Positions 35,954-46,039 of a DNA stretch of 64,000 nucleotides are shown here, in pieces; position 1 is the stretch's first letter; every line of letters begins with the position of its first letter. Under the pieces are notes generated by a model that did no database searches, had not been told where the DNA came from, and was given only the letters and a program-made list of their open reading frames with translations. The stretch comes from an uncultured candidate division Zixibacteria bacterium (GTDB lineage Bacteria; Zixibacteria; MSB-5A5; GN15; FEB-12). The stretch spans positions 192,001 to 256,000 of the forward strand of contig CAWDXE010000004.1 of NCBI GenBank assembly GCA_963806185.1, given 5' to 3'. The position numbers and the translations under genes were made by a program.

Positions 35954-37971
35954 GGTTCCGTGCCGACGGATTCCTGGCGAAGCTCCGTGATTTTCCTGCC
36001 TACGCTGGCGGCTTCCGGCCTGTATTTCCCGAATACCATGAACCGCTGATACTGGGCCAGGGCGGCGGCAATATCGCCGCGCGCCTCCGCCAGACGCCCC
36101 TTGGCGAGATAGGGCAAGGCCAGCATGGTGTCGCGGGCGATCAATACCGTGGCCAGCGAGTCGGCCTGGGCCGCCCGGCCTTCGGCCAGCCAGTTCATCA
36201 TGATTTCAGACAACACGTCATGGCTGTGGGGAAACCACGACTGAATATACTCGAGGTACACAGCCGCCTGCGCTCGATCGCCCTTTGCGAAATACCAACG
36301 GTACAGATTCATCTGATGCTCCTTTTTATAGGGGTCCAGCATCAGACAAGTGTCGATATGCGGCTTGGCCTGAGGCAGGCGACCGAGCGCAACATCGCAA
36401 ATTGCCAGCAATGACCGTGGTTCAGTCCAGTACGGGTGCCCGGCGACTGTCCGCGTAAGGATGCGAGCGGCATCGTCGGATTCATTCTTTGCCGCGAGGT
36501 CGAGACAGCCTCGATAATTCAAATAATCATCTGATTTCACCGGCAGCGCTTGATCCCAGTAATTCGCTCGAGTGAAGTCACGGCGCTCGAAATAGGCGTC
36601 GCGCAGAGCCAGTCCACCGACGCGGTAGTATGATGTCTGTTTGTCGAAGTAGGTGGTCAGGTAGGGTTCAGCGTAGGAGAGTCGTACGAACGATGGCGTT
36701 ACAGCCGTGATGCTGAGAATCGACAAGACCGCTGCCGTCGACAAAATGCGCCCGTTGTCCCGGCGCTGGGAAAGTGACAGAAACACGGCCGCCGCAAAAG
36801 CGGACAGGGGGAGGAGGTAAGCCACAATTCTCGGCAGATCCAGCGGCGGGCTATCGAGCGGATCGATGATCGAAGAAGCCACGGCCCCGGAAATGGCTGC
36901 GGTCAAGGTGAGCAACAATACAAATCCACCTTTGAAGCGGATGCGCACAAGCCACAGTAGCAATGCGCCGACGACGATTGGGGAGAGCACCGCCCGCATT
37001 TGCCAGAGATCGACAATGCGCCGCCACGAAAATAATCCGTAATCACTCAGGGGGAGTTTGCCCTTCCAGAATAGCAACTGCGCCGCAATCTCCGGCGAGC
37101 GCTGGGCAAGAACATACGTGACTGCCAGCAGCACGATCAAGACGGCGAGTGACAACAGCGCCGGCGCGAGAAAGGACTTCTGACCCCGACGGGCCACCGT
37201 TGCCAGCGCCGCCACCGGCATCAGATAGATCGAACCGATATACGTGAAGGTGGCAATCGCCAGCACCAGCCACATCCAGCCGAGAAAATTGACCCGGCGC
37301 GTTTCATGGTACTTCACGGCAAACACCAGCAGCCAAATTGACGCGGCAGGAAGGATCGGTTCGACACCTACAAATCCCAGCAGCGTCAGAGTATGCGCAC
37401 CGAAGACCAGGAGAAGAAAGGTCCAGGCACGTCGAGCCGTACTGTCGGTTAACCGACCGGCCAGGACAGCAGAACCGACGATTGTCACGGCCGTGCACAG
37501 AAAGGCATAAGTCTTCCACGCAAAAAGCGCGGCTGTATTGACATTGACGCCAAGGAGCTTGAAGAGCTGATAGGGAACTGAAACAAAGCCCGTCGCGCCA
37601 AACTCATACCAGCGAAAGACAATTCGTTCCGCTTGTCCGATCTGAGCTATGCGCAGATTGCCGCCACCGTACACAATCGAATCGAATTGGCAGAGAATGA
37701 AAATGACGAACAGGGCCACCATCGAAACGACGGCTCCGGTGCGCGAGGCCATCAGCACACCCAGTCGATCACCATACCGCCAAGCCAGAATCAGCAGGAC
37801 AACGGCCAATCCGGTCCAGGCCACCACATACCAGGTGGGCAAGAGCTGCCAGTGAATCAGATTCCAGTTATTGTCAGTGAGCTTTGGGCCGAGCAACTGG
37901 CTCAGGACCAGGACCGCCAGCGCGGCAGTCAAGATGGTGAATTCGAGCTTCGTCGAGCGATCAGTATTCAT
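35950..37971 (-). CDS. Polytopic membrane protein with C-terminal TPR-like repeats
   Basis: Many hydrophobic helices followed by helical TPR-like repeats. Confidence 0.65.
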   Translation of the reverse strand: MNTDRSTKLEFTILTAALAVLVLSQLLGPKLTDNNWNLIHWQLLPTWYVVAWTGLAVVLLILAWRYGDRLGVLMASRTGAVVSMVALFVIFILCQFDSIVYGGGNLRIAQIGQAERIVFRWYEFGATGFVSVPYQLFKLLGVNVNTAALFAWKTYAFLCTAVTIVGSAVLAGRLTDSTARRAWTFLLLVFGAHTLTLLGFVGVEPILPAASIWLLVFAVKYHETRRVNFLGWMWLVLAIATFTYIGSIYLMPVAALATVARRGQKSFLAPALLSLAVLIVLLAVTYVLAQRSPEIAAQLLFWKGKLPLSDYGLFSWRRIVDLWQMRAVLSPIVVGALLLWLVRIRFKGGFVLLLTLTAAISGAVASSIIDPLDSPPLDLPRIVAYLLPLSAFAAAVFLSLSQRRDNGRILSTAAVLSILSITAVTPSFVRLSYAEPYLTTYFDKQTSYYRVGGLALRDAYFERRDFTRANYWDQALPVKSDDYLNYRGCLDLAAKNESDDAARILTRTVAGHPYWTEPRSLLAICDVALGRLPQAKPHIDTCLMLDPYKKEHQMNLYRWYFAKGDRAQAAVYLEYIQSWFPHSHDVLSEIMMNWLAEGRAAQADSLATVLIARDTMLALPYLAKGRLAEARGDIAAALAQYQRFMVFGKYRPEAASVGRKITELRQESVGTEP

Positions 37972-37981
37972 ACCCGTTGTC

Positions 37982-38578
37982 TCAGTAATCCTGACGACCC
38001 TCCAGCGCGCGCGCCAGCGTGACGGCATCAGCATACTCCAGATCCGAGCCAACCGGGAGGCCGCGAGCAATTCGAGAGACTCTCACGCCCAGCGGTTTCA
38101 ACAACCGAGAGAGGTAGACGGCGGTCGCCTCGCCCTCGACATTGGGATTGGTGGCGACGATCACTTCTTTGACTTCGTCCGTCATACGACTCAGTAGTTC
38201 ACTTATATGCAGATCGTCGGGGCCGATGCCGTCGAGAGGGGAGAGGCGGCCGCCCAGCACGTGAAACAGGCCGCTGAATCCTTCGGCCTTATCGAGCGCC
38301 GCGGCATCCATAGCCTCTTCCACGACACAGATGACATCGCGCCGACGTCTCGGATCGGCGCATATCCCGCAGGGATCGGTCTCGGAAATATTGAAGCAGA
38401 TCGAACAAAAACCAACCCGCTCCTTGACCTCACGAATGACGTCAGCCAGCTCGTTGGCCTGTTCGTCCGGAAGTTTGAGAATGTGAAATGCCAGGCGGGC
38501 GGCGGTCTTGCGGCCGATACCCGGCAGTCGATTCAGAGCAGTAATGAGGCGGTCGATAGCGCCGCTGGCATTCGCCAT
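37982..38578 (-). CDS. recR: Recombination mediator RecR
   Basis: LPGIGRKTAARLA, C4 zinc finger, ATNPNVEGEATA, IARGLPVG. Confidence 0.97.
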   Translation of the reverse strand: MANASGAIDRLITALNRLPGIGRKTAARLAFHILKLPDEQANELADVIREVKERVGFCSICFNISETDPCGICADPRRRRDVICVVEEAMDAAALDKAEGFSGLFHVLGGRLSPLDGIGPDDLHISELLSRMTDEVKEVIVATNPNVEGEATAVYLSRLLKPLGVRVSRIARGLPVGSDLEYADAVTLARALEGRQDY

Positions 38579-38587
38579 TGATACTCC

Positions 38588-38911
38588 TTAGAACGGCAGA
38601 TTCAGACCGGGGATGTTGAGTCCGCCCGTGATGTTGGCCATCTGATCGGCCTGCATGGTCTGCACCTTCTCGCGGGCCTGATTGATCGCGGCGACTATCA
38701 GATCCTGCAGCATCTCCACATCGTTTTTGTCGACCACTTCGGGGTTGATCTCAATGCGCAGGATTTCATTCTTACCGTTGGAGACGACCTTCACCATCCC
38801 GCCGCCGGAGGTTCCGTCTACTTCCATCGCTTCCAGTTCAGCCTGCATGGCGGCCATCTTGGCCTGCATTTTCTGAACCTGCTTCATCATGTCGCCGATT
38901 CCACCCTTCAT
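38588..38911 (-). CDS. ybaB: YbaB/EbfC nucleoid-associated protein
   Basis: SGGGMVKV, DVEMLQDLIVAA; lies between dnaX and recR. Confidence 0.95.
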   Translation of the reverse strand: MKGGIGDMMKQVQKMQAKMAAMQAELEAMEVDGTSGGGMVKVVSNGKNEILRIEINPEVVDKNDVEMLQDLIVAAINQAREKVQTMQADQMANITGGLNIPGLNLPF

Positions 38912-38945
38912 ACACGATCCCTCAACTTATGTGCGTTACTCATTC

Positions 38946-40652
38946 TCATTCAATTCTACGAACACCAATTACTTCACCGTCGACCTTCGCCATCAGCGCC
39001 TGCAACGCGGGCGATTCCTCGACCAGCTTGCGGCCGTCAATGGCCGGAGTCGATTTCTTGTCCTGAACCTGCTCAGGGTGAAGCCGGGTGCGATCCAGGT
39101 CAAACGATATGGTCAGGTTGGTACCAAAATGCTCTCGCATGGTGCGCAAAATCAAACTCAAATTCTCAGCCTTCTGCACCAATTGCCGGCTCATTTCCGC
39201 GGCGCCGTAGAAAACCAACGTGACCCGGTTTTCCTTTACTTCCCGCAATTCCGACAAGCGTACTTGCGAAGCGAGCATTTGACTGGACTGCCGCAATGTC
39301 GTCAGGTACGGCTCCCAGCCGACCTTGATTTCTTCCAGGGAAATTGGGCGAGACGTTTTCGGCATCGTGGAAGGGACAGACGCGTCGGGCGGATTCGTCG
39401 GTGGAGCGACGCTCCGGGAAGCCCCGATGTTATTGCCGACGAAAAAATCAGAGCCCTTTTTGGGCGGGGTTGGTTCTGTCCGTTGCGGACTGCCAGTCGA
39501 AGGGATCGAGGGGAGAGTCGCACCGGACTGCAAATGGCGCAGGACTTCCTCGAGGCGAACCGTCGATTCCAACTCTGCCATCTTCACCGCCGAGACTTCA
39601 ATAAGCAGTCGTTCGTCGAGCCCCTCACCCAGATCCTTATAGAGTTCACTCGTCAATTTCAGGAGGCGCAACAGATCGCCGACCGAGAATTTTGTCGCCT
39701 GCTGTTGATAAAGCGGACGTTCCTGTAGACTCACCGAGATCAGGTCGCCCGGTTCCGGATCGGTGGCCAGTACCAGCAGCGTGCGGAGGTGATCCATGAA
39801 CTCGACGACGAAGTCGCGCGGATCAGTGCCGCTGTCGAACAGTCGTTGGGTCAATTTCAGTACTTCGAGTCGATTGGCCGCCGAAATGGCGTCGACGAAA
39901 TCAAAGAGGAACTTCCGGTCCACCAGTCCAAGCGCATTGATTACATCGCTTTCGGTCACTCCTGTTCCGGAGAAGGCGATAATCTGGTCGAGGAGCGAGA
40001 GCGCATCACGCACCGAGCCCTCGGCTTTGCGGGCCAGAAGATGAAGCGCGGCGTCATCGATGGCGATCCCTTCGGCTGTGGCGACTTTTCTCAGGTGACC
40101 TGCCAGATCTTCAAGCGACACACGGCGGAAATCGTATCGCTGCGTGCGTGACAAGATCGTCTCCGGCACCTTGAGTGGTTCGGTAGTGGCGAAAATGAAC
40201 ATGACGTGCGCCGGCGGTTCTTCCAGTGTCTTCAGAAGAGCGTCAAAAGCCGATCCCGAGAGGCGGTGGACTTCATCGATAATATAGATGCGCTTCTTGC
40301 CGCCTGTGGGGAGGTATCTCACATTTTCACGCAGGGTACGGATATCGTCTACGCCGGTATTGGAAGCAGCGTCGATCTCAAGGACATCAAGTGAGCTGCC
40401 TGAGGCGATCTCAAGACATGAGGGGCACGACCCACATGGTTCGTCAGTGGGGCCGGTCGCGCAGTTCACCGACCGGGCCAGAATACGAGCGATAGTCGTT
40501 TTGCCGGTGCCGCGCGGTCCGCAAAACAGGTAGCCTGAGGCTATCCTGTTGTTTTTCAATGCGTTACGGAGTGTCTTGGTGACGTGTTCCTGGGCCACCA
40601 CATCTCCGAACGTTTGCGGGCGGTATTTGCGGGCCAGCACCAGATAACTCAT
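38946..40652 (-). CDS. dnaX: DNA polymerase III gamma/tau
   Basis: MSYLVLARKYRPQTF, GPRGTGKTT, EIDAASN, ALLKTLEEPP. Confidence 0.97.
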   Translation of the reverse strand: MSYLVLARKYRPQTFGDVVAQEHVTKTLRNALKNNRIASGYLFCGPRGTGKTTIARILARSVNCATGPTDEPCGSCPSCLEIASGSSLDVLEIDAASNTGVDDIRTLRENVRYLPTGGKKRIYIIDEVHRLSGSAFDALLKTLEEPPAHVMFIFATTEPLKVPETILSRTQRYDFRRVSLEDLAGHLRKVATAEGIAIDDAALHLLARKAEGSVRDALSLLDQIIAFSGTGVTESDVINALGLVDRKFLFDFVDAISAANRLEVLKLTQRLFDSGTDPRDFVVEFMDHLRTLLVLATDPEPGDLISVSLQERPLYQQQATKFSVGDLLRLLKLTSELYKDLGEGLDERLLIEVSAVKMAELESTVRLEEVLRHLQSGATLPSIPSTGSPQRTEPTPPKKGSDFFVGNNIGASRSVAPPTNPPDASVPSTMPKTSRPISLEEIKVGWEPYLTTLRQSSQMLASQVRLSELREVKENRVTLVFYGAAEMSRQLVQKAENLSLILRTMREHFGTNLTISFDLDRTRLHPEQVQDKKSTPAIDGRKLVEESPALQALMAKVDGEVIGVRRIE

Positions 40653-40792
40653 GGGGACCAATATACCAAAAAGGGTGCGCGGATGGAATTTCTTTTGGAA
40701 ATGTATCCGGGGGCCGTAAGTTCTGGTGGACGGCGAGCAGTTTGGGCTCGTCATTATCATATCTGCGTCGTGTGAATTACTGAGGAGAATGA

Positions 40793-41371
40793 GTGAGCAA
40801 ATGCACCCGTATGGGCGTTTTGTGGCTGATCTGTGGTCTTGGTCTTATGAGTGCCACTCGAGTTAGTGCGGTGGACTTTCAGTACAGTCCCCGTCATTAC
40901 TCCTTTGCTGCCCGGGGCGGCTTCATCTATGCATCGGTGCTTCGAGTTGACGGCAAACAGCGCTTTGACACCGAAATGGGGCTGTCGGGCGGAATTCTCT
41001 TTGATCTTCCGATCAGCCGGAAACTTGTTGCCGGTCTCGCTTTTGATCTGCACGATATCAAGATCGAAGAGGCCCGCAAGAAACTCTTCGACGTATCGTT
41101 GGGTCTGAAACGGACTTTCTTCCTGCCCGAACCGAATTTCACTCTGCGAATCGGCGGGGCGGCGGGTTTTGGGTATATGGGCCCGACCCTCGGCTATGAT
41201 CGGACGACGTTTCTCACTCTCAAGGCGACTGTTGAGGGGGTGTTTCCGATCAGCATGCGGTATGCGTGGATTGTCGATGTCTCAGTGATACGATTGCCGA
41301 CGGGTGGGAACCGCGAGGTTCGCGCCAACTTCGGGCCGACCGTGATCGGGCGGGTGGGGATATTGATGTAG
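40793..41371 (+). CDS. Hypothetical small outer-membrane beta-barrel protein
   Basis: Signal peptide and amphipathic beta strands. Confidence 0.55.
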   Translation: MSKCTRMGVLWLICGLGLMSATRVSAVDFQYSPRHYSFAARGGFIYASVLRVDGKQRFDTEMGLSGGILFDLPISRKLVAGLAFDLHDIKIEEARKKLFDVSLGLKRTFFLPEPNFTLRIGGAAGFGYMGPTLGYDRTTFLTLKATVEGVFPISMRYAWIVDVSVIRLPTGGNREVRANFGPTVIGRVGILM

Positions 41372-41434
41372 TTCCTCTTGACATTGTCGACCATCGTGTC
41401 TATTGTGCGATGGCGTTCAACAGGAGGGATCATC

Positions 41435-42130
41435 ATGCGCACTCGCAACAGAACTTGTCAACCTATCGTAATTTTACTCATTCTATTGTGCCTACTGGCG
41501 TCGAGCACCTTTGCGGATAAACTCGGCGATCGCGAAGGCGCTCGGAAGAAATCAGACAGCGGCCGCAAGCATGCCCTTCCATCGTTTGGGATACGAGGAG
41601 GATATTTGGGCAGCGGCAATTTCAGCCTGACTGACGATTTCGGCACGACCGACTTCAGCAACCGTGGGAGCTATACATTCGGGGTATTTTTCGAAGGCAC
41701 AGCCGTGAGTCGTCTCATGGTTTCAGTTGGGTTCGACTTCTCCCACATAGTGATCGATGAAATCGGGGGGCGGAGAATGAGCTACGTCTCGGACAGCAGC
41801 CGATTTTTGTATGAGTTGGATTTCAGTCTGAAGTACAGAGTCTCCAGCGCGACAACACGGTGGGATTTTCGCCCGTACGGGACTGTCGGAATCGGCGCGG
41901 CCAACAAGATAGAGCCGTTACTTGACCGATCACTCGTGATGACAGGACGGCTGGGCATTGAGGCGCTGTACAAGACTGCCGGCAAACTAGGGTTCATCCT
42001 TGATTTCGGCATGCTGTGGCTTCCGACCGGATCCACCAAAATCCTTACGGAGAGCCAGACGATTTCGGGTGGACCTGCGCCGTATTTTAGATTTGGTTTT
42101 CGTATCGGAAATAACAAGCCCAAGGGCTGA
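41435..42130 (+). CDS. Hypothetical small outer-membrane beta-barrel protein
   Basis: ATG after AGGAGG; signal peptide; amphipathic strands; resembles the upstream ORF. Confidence 0.55.
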   Translation: MRTRNRTCQPIVILLILLCLLASSTFADKLGDREGARKKSDSGRKHALPSFGIRGGYLGSGNFSLTDDFGTTDFSNRGSYTFGVFFEGTAVSRLMVSVGFDFSHIVIDEIGGRRMSYVSDSSRFLYELDFSLKYRVSSATTRWDFRPYGTVGIGAANKIEPLLDRSLVMTGRLGIEALYKTAGKLGFILDFGMLWLPTGSTKILTESQTISGGPAPYFRFGFRIGNNKPKG

Positions 42131-42199
42131 AGGGGTTGCCTACTTTTCCGTTGCGCCCCGGCCAAAATGTGCTATCTTCGGCCCTGCCAAGAAGATGAT

Positions 42200-42272
42200 G
42201 GGGCAGTAGCTCAGCTGGGAGAGCGCCACGTTCGCAACGTGGAGGCCGTCGGTTCGATCCCGATCTGCTCCA
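42200..42272 (+). tRNA. tRNA-Ala (anticodon CGC), CCA not encoded
   Basis: Acceptor stem GGGGCAG/CTGCTCC with G3:U70, anticodon arm CCACG-TTCGCAA-CGTGG, T-loop TTCGATC. Confidence 0.95.
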
Positions 42273-42378
42273 TATAGACTTGCCCGCCCGATGTGGCGGG
42301 CCCAACGACCCGCCTCGGCGGGTTTGGTGTCTCTGGCGGACCGACTCGTCCGGCCGGAGATTACCAGCGACCAAAAGA

Positions 42379-42646
<268 letters not shown>

Positions 42647-42653
42647 AAAACGA

Positions 42654-42688
42654 AACGGTCGGAAGACATCTTCCGACCGTTCTTTTTT
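42654..42688. terminator. Terminator between ffs and mscL (probably bidirectional)
   Basis: AACGGTCGGAAGA-CA-TCTTCCGACCGTT followed by CTTTTTT. Confidence 0.85.
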
Positions 42689-42709
42689 CCCCGAAATTGA
42701 TGACCGGCG

Positions 42710-43162
42710 TTACGCTTTGATATCGCTCGTGCAATGCCCACACTTGGTGGCCTTGAGCGGTATCGTCATCAGGCAGGACGGGCATTCCTTGGTCGTCGGT
42801 ACGGCCGCCGGAGCCGGCTGCTCGCGCTTCATTTTGTTTATCATCTTCACCATGATGAAAATCGCAAATGCGACGATGATGAAGTTGATGATGGTGTTGA
42901 TAAACAAACCATAATTAATGGTGACGGCTCCCGCCGCTTTGGCGGCCGCCACAGAAGCGTACGGCGCCGCTTGCGCGCCCTCCTTCACAACGACAAACAG
43001 GTTGGAGAAATCAACATTTCCCAGCAACATGCCGATCGGTGGCATGATGATGTCGCTCACCAGCGACCCGACGATCGGACCAAACGCTGCACCGATAATG
43101 ATACCGATAGCCATGTCCAGAACATTGCCCTTCATGGCAAATTCCTTGAATTCCTTCAGCAT
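42710..43162 (-). CDS. mscL: Large-conductance mechanosensitive channel with C-terminal CxxC..CxxC tail
   Basis: [35 protein letters not shown]. Confidence 0.95.
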   Translation of the reverse strand: MLKEFKEFAMKGNVLDMAIGIIIGAAFGPIVGSLVSDIIMPPIGMLLGNVDFSNLFVVVKEGAQAAPYASVAAAKAAGAVTINYGLFINTIINFIIVAFAIFIMVKMINKMKREQPAPAAVPTTKECPSCLMTIPLKATKCGHCTSDIKA

Positions 43163-43192
43163 AAACACTCTCTCCTTCCAGTAATCAGGTAT

Positions 43193-44086
43193 CTATTTCG
43201 ACCATTTATAGGCGAGCCCGAGACCAAGCGTCTGCTTGAATCGGGCGCCGTCGTCGATTTCCTTATCGTATAAGACCTGCACATAGAGCACCGTCTGTAC
43301 CACTTTCGTGATGGAGGCCGTCAGAAAATGCTCCCAGTTGGCATCGACTGTCTTCCAGTCATTCGTAGCCACCTTGTCGGATTCAGAGAAGAACAAAGCT
43401 TTGTAGAGAGACAGCTTCGACGTATACGTGAGTTTGGCGGCCAATTGTGCCTTGAAATCAGTCACCGATTCCAAACCACCGTCATTGGTGGTATGCCAAT
43501 GTGTTCCTTCTGCCACCGTGTCGATAATCTGGTTCGACATGATCTGCCGAAAAGCAAAACCGAACCGACTGCTCAACTCAAGTACGTTGGTGCGATTGAT
43601 AAAGACACGGACAACGCCGCCCGACTCCGTGAATTTGGTGGGGGAGAGGTACCGGCGAACTGGGCGATAGGATTCATCGGTGAACTGGCTTTCGATGCGT
43701 CCGGCCAGATAGGGATCAACATACCCGTTGAAGACGAAGCGAAAGACCGTTTCAAAATCGATGAGGTCGGTTGATTTTCGCGGGCGTTCCCAATAGGTGT
43801 TGTTGGACTCATCGCGCTTCTGCGCGAGCGTTTGGCCGAACGAAAGTTTCAACTGTGTCTTATCCTGCACACGAGTCGACAGCCACTTGGTGGCGTCCCC
43901 TTTGAAGTTGGCCGCCCAGTTGAAAGATCCGGCCTCGCCGCCGGTCCAGTTATCGCTGTAGGTCGCCTGTGTTGCCGCAAGGCCGAAATCGACATTCGCT
44001 CTCCATCCTTTAAGCGAATCAGGAAGCTGCGCCGAAGCAATGACCGGGATTACCAGAAACGAAGTCAGCAAAGAAGTTATTCGCAT
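43193..44086 (-). CDS. DUF3078-like outer-membrane beta-barrel protein
   Basis: Signal peptide; TQATYSDNWTGGE, KSTDLID, LYDKEI...KQTLGLGLAY. Confidence 0.7.
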   Translation of the reverse strand: MRITSLLTSFLVIPVIASAQLPDSLKGWRANVDFGLAATQATYSDNWTGGEAGSFNWAANFKGDATKWLSTRVQDKTQLKLSFGQTLAQKRDESNNTYWERPRKSTDLIDFETVFRFVFNGYVDPYLAGRIESQFTDESYRPVRRYLSPTKFTESGGVVRVFINRTNVLELSSRFGFAFRQIMSNQIIDTVAEGTHWHTTNDGGLESVTDFKAQLAAKLTYTSKLSLYKALFFSESDKVATNDWKTVDANWEHFLTASITKVVQTVLYVQVLYDKEIDDGARFKQTLGLGLAYKWSK

Positions 44087-44274
44087 GCGGATTACTCCTT
44101 TCGCACATTGCTGATGATTGATTTCATGAAGCCCGCTGGATCCAACATACAGGTGGCCGGATCGGGGGGCAAGTCCCAATGTGGGGATTTACGACTATGT
44201 AGACTGGAATTTGCCGGCGTTCCGGATTCTGCCTTGCCAGCCGACATTGACGCCGCTATCTTCGGCCCCATCCG

Positions 44275-45198
44275 GTGTCGTCACACAGAAACCAGGACGG
44301 TCGCCGGTCTCATGTTATGCTGTACCTTCTGCTCTTATTGACCGTCATCGTCTGGGGGTGGACATTTGTCGCCACCAAGCTCTGCCTGCCGTACATGTCG
44401 CCCGCCGAGTTGCTCGGGCTCCGCCTCATGATCGGCCTGCCAGTGCTGTATGCTGTGCTTAAGGTACGCCGAATTCCGCTCGATTTCACCGGCGTCAGCA
44501 AGAAGCGGCTGCTGGCCGGCTCTGCCGTTCTCACTCTCCACTTTCTCATTCAAATCACCGGCCTCAAGTACACGACCGCAACCAACACCGGGTGGATCAT
44601 CGCGGTCACTCCATTGGTCATGGCTGTGTTGTCGTTTGTTTTCTTGCGGGAGAAGATCAACCGGTATCAGATCGGTGGCATCGTGATCGCCACCATCGGC
44701 ATCCTGCTCCTTGTGTCACGAGGCAAGATCGGCGAACTGGGGTGGCTGTCGAGCGTGGGGGACTGGCTGGTGCTCGGGTCAGCACACACGTGGGCGATCT
44801 ACACGGTCATCACCCGCGACGTGTCGAGGGCGAAAGATCCACTGGTCGTCACATTCGGCATTCTCTTCCCGGCGACGGTAATCATGTTCGGCTATATGCT
44901 TTTCACTTCTGATTGGTCGAAATTCCTGCATTTGCCGGTCGAGCCGATGGTGGCGTTGCTGTTTCTGGCGATTATCGGATTGGCGTTGGCCCATTGGTGC
45001 TGGCAGATTGCCGTGGCGAAAATCGGCGCTGCCCGGGCCGGCATCTTTCTCTATCTCGAACCGCTCGCAACCACTGTTCTGGCCGTACCGCTCCTGCACG
45101 AGGCCTTCGGTACCTTTACGGCCCTGGGTGGAGCACTCGTTCTCTTCGGCGTCTGGTGGGCGCAACGCAAAATTGGACGTGTGTTGGCCGCAGATTGA
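44275..45198 (+). CDS. DMT/EamA family transporter
   Basis: About 10 TM helices in two EamA repeats; WGWTFVATK, GLKYTTA, LEPL. Confidence 0.9.
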   Translation: MSSHRNQDGRRSHVMLYLLLLLTVIVWGWTFVATKLCLPYMSPAELLGLRLMIGLPVLYAVLKVRRIPLDFTGVSKKRLLAGSAVLTLHFLIQITGLKYTTATNTGWIIAVTPLVMAVLSFVFLREKINRYQIGGIVIATIGILLLVSRGKIGELGWLSSVGDWLVLGSAHTWAIYTVITRDVSRAKDPLVVTFGILFPATVIMFGYMLFTSDWSKFLHLPVEPMVALLFLAIIGLALAHWCWQIAVAKIGAARAGIFLYLEPLATTVLAVPLLHEAFGTFTALGGALVLFGVWWAQRKIGRVLAAD

Positions 45199-45216
45199 AT
45201 CCGGTGAATCGCCTCG

Positions 45217-45978
45217 TTATTTCTTGCCGGCAGCTGCCGGCTTGCCCAATGTGAACAGCACGCCGCCGTTGTGGAATTCGACCGTCCTTCGAGGCGGATT
45301 GACCGCATTCACTTTTATGCACTGGGTGGGCGTTCCAAGTCGAGTGGGGAATACGTCCGGCTTGTCGGCCAACGGTACCGGCAGGTAATCAAAAACCCGG
45401 CTGGAAAACATAAGCGATTGGCCCGATGCATCGCTCAGCGCATTATCACGACAATCCTCCCAGTAGAAAAAGAGGGGCGCCAGCGTATCGGTAAATCGTG
45501 CCGACGGCGGCGTCGCCACAATGAGTCGGGCGATAGTGATCTTTGACCTGAAGCCCACGCAATCGGGACGAGTCGTATCGGGGGTCGTCTTTGAAAGGGC
45601 GACCGCTTTCCAGAGCGTTCGCGGCATATTGGCTTCACTCTTGGTATCTACGCGGTCGGCGCGGAAAAAATCCCAGCCGCACGTATCAACCAGGGCTCCC
45701 GGAAGTATGCCGATAATATCGACCGCCGGGTGAGTGCTCCCGATTTTGAGGCCAAACGCGGCCACAGTGTGACCGAAGGTTTCGAGCGTGACGTCCAGAG
45801 TGTCCAGGAGCGAACGCCGGGTCGTTTCGAGTCGCTCGATCTGCAAGACATATCGTGGCGGCAAAAGCGAATCGGCAGACGTACCAGCCGTGTCCGCCGG
45901 GCTTCCGCTTGGCTCGATCGCCGCGGCACCGGCAGTACATATGAGAATCATCAACGCCGTTAATACTAGGCTTCGCAT
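45217..45978 (-). CDS. Secreted hypothetical protein, cohesin-like beta-sandwich
   Basis: Signal peptide; beta-rich with paired Cys (CGWDFF, FYWEDCRDN, VEFHNGGV). Confidence 0.5.
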   Translation of the reverse strand: MRSLVLTALMILICTAGAAAIEPSGSPADTAGTSADSLLPPRYVLQIERLETTRRSLLDTLDVTLETFGHTVAAFGLKIGSTHPAVDIIGILPGALVDTCGWDFFRADRVDTKSEANMPRTLWKAVALSKTTPDTTRPDCVGFRSKITIARLIVATPPSARFTDTLAPLFFYWEDCRDNALSDASGQSLMFSSRVFDYLPVPLADKPDVFPTRLGTPTQCIKVNAVNPPRRTVEFHNGGVLFTLGKPAAAGKK

Positions 45979-45992
45979 CTGGGTTTCCTGAC

Positions 45993-46023
45993 AAAAAAAA
46001 CAGCCCGCCGATTCGACGGGCTG
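45993..46023 (-). terminator. Intrinsic terminator after the 46040-46666 gene
   Basis: Minus strand CAGCCCGTCG-AAT-CGGCGGGCTG followed by T8. Confidence 0.75.
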
Positions 46024-46039
46024 CTTGTTCAAGCAAAGT

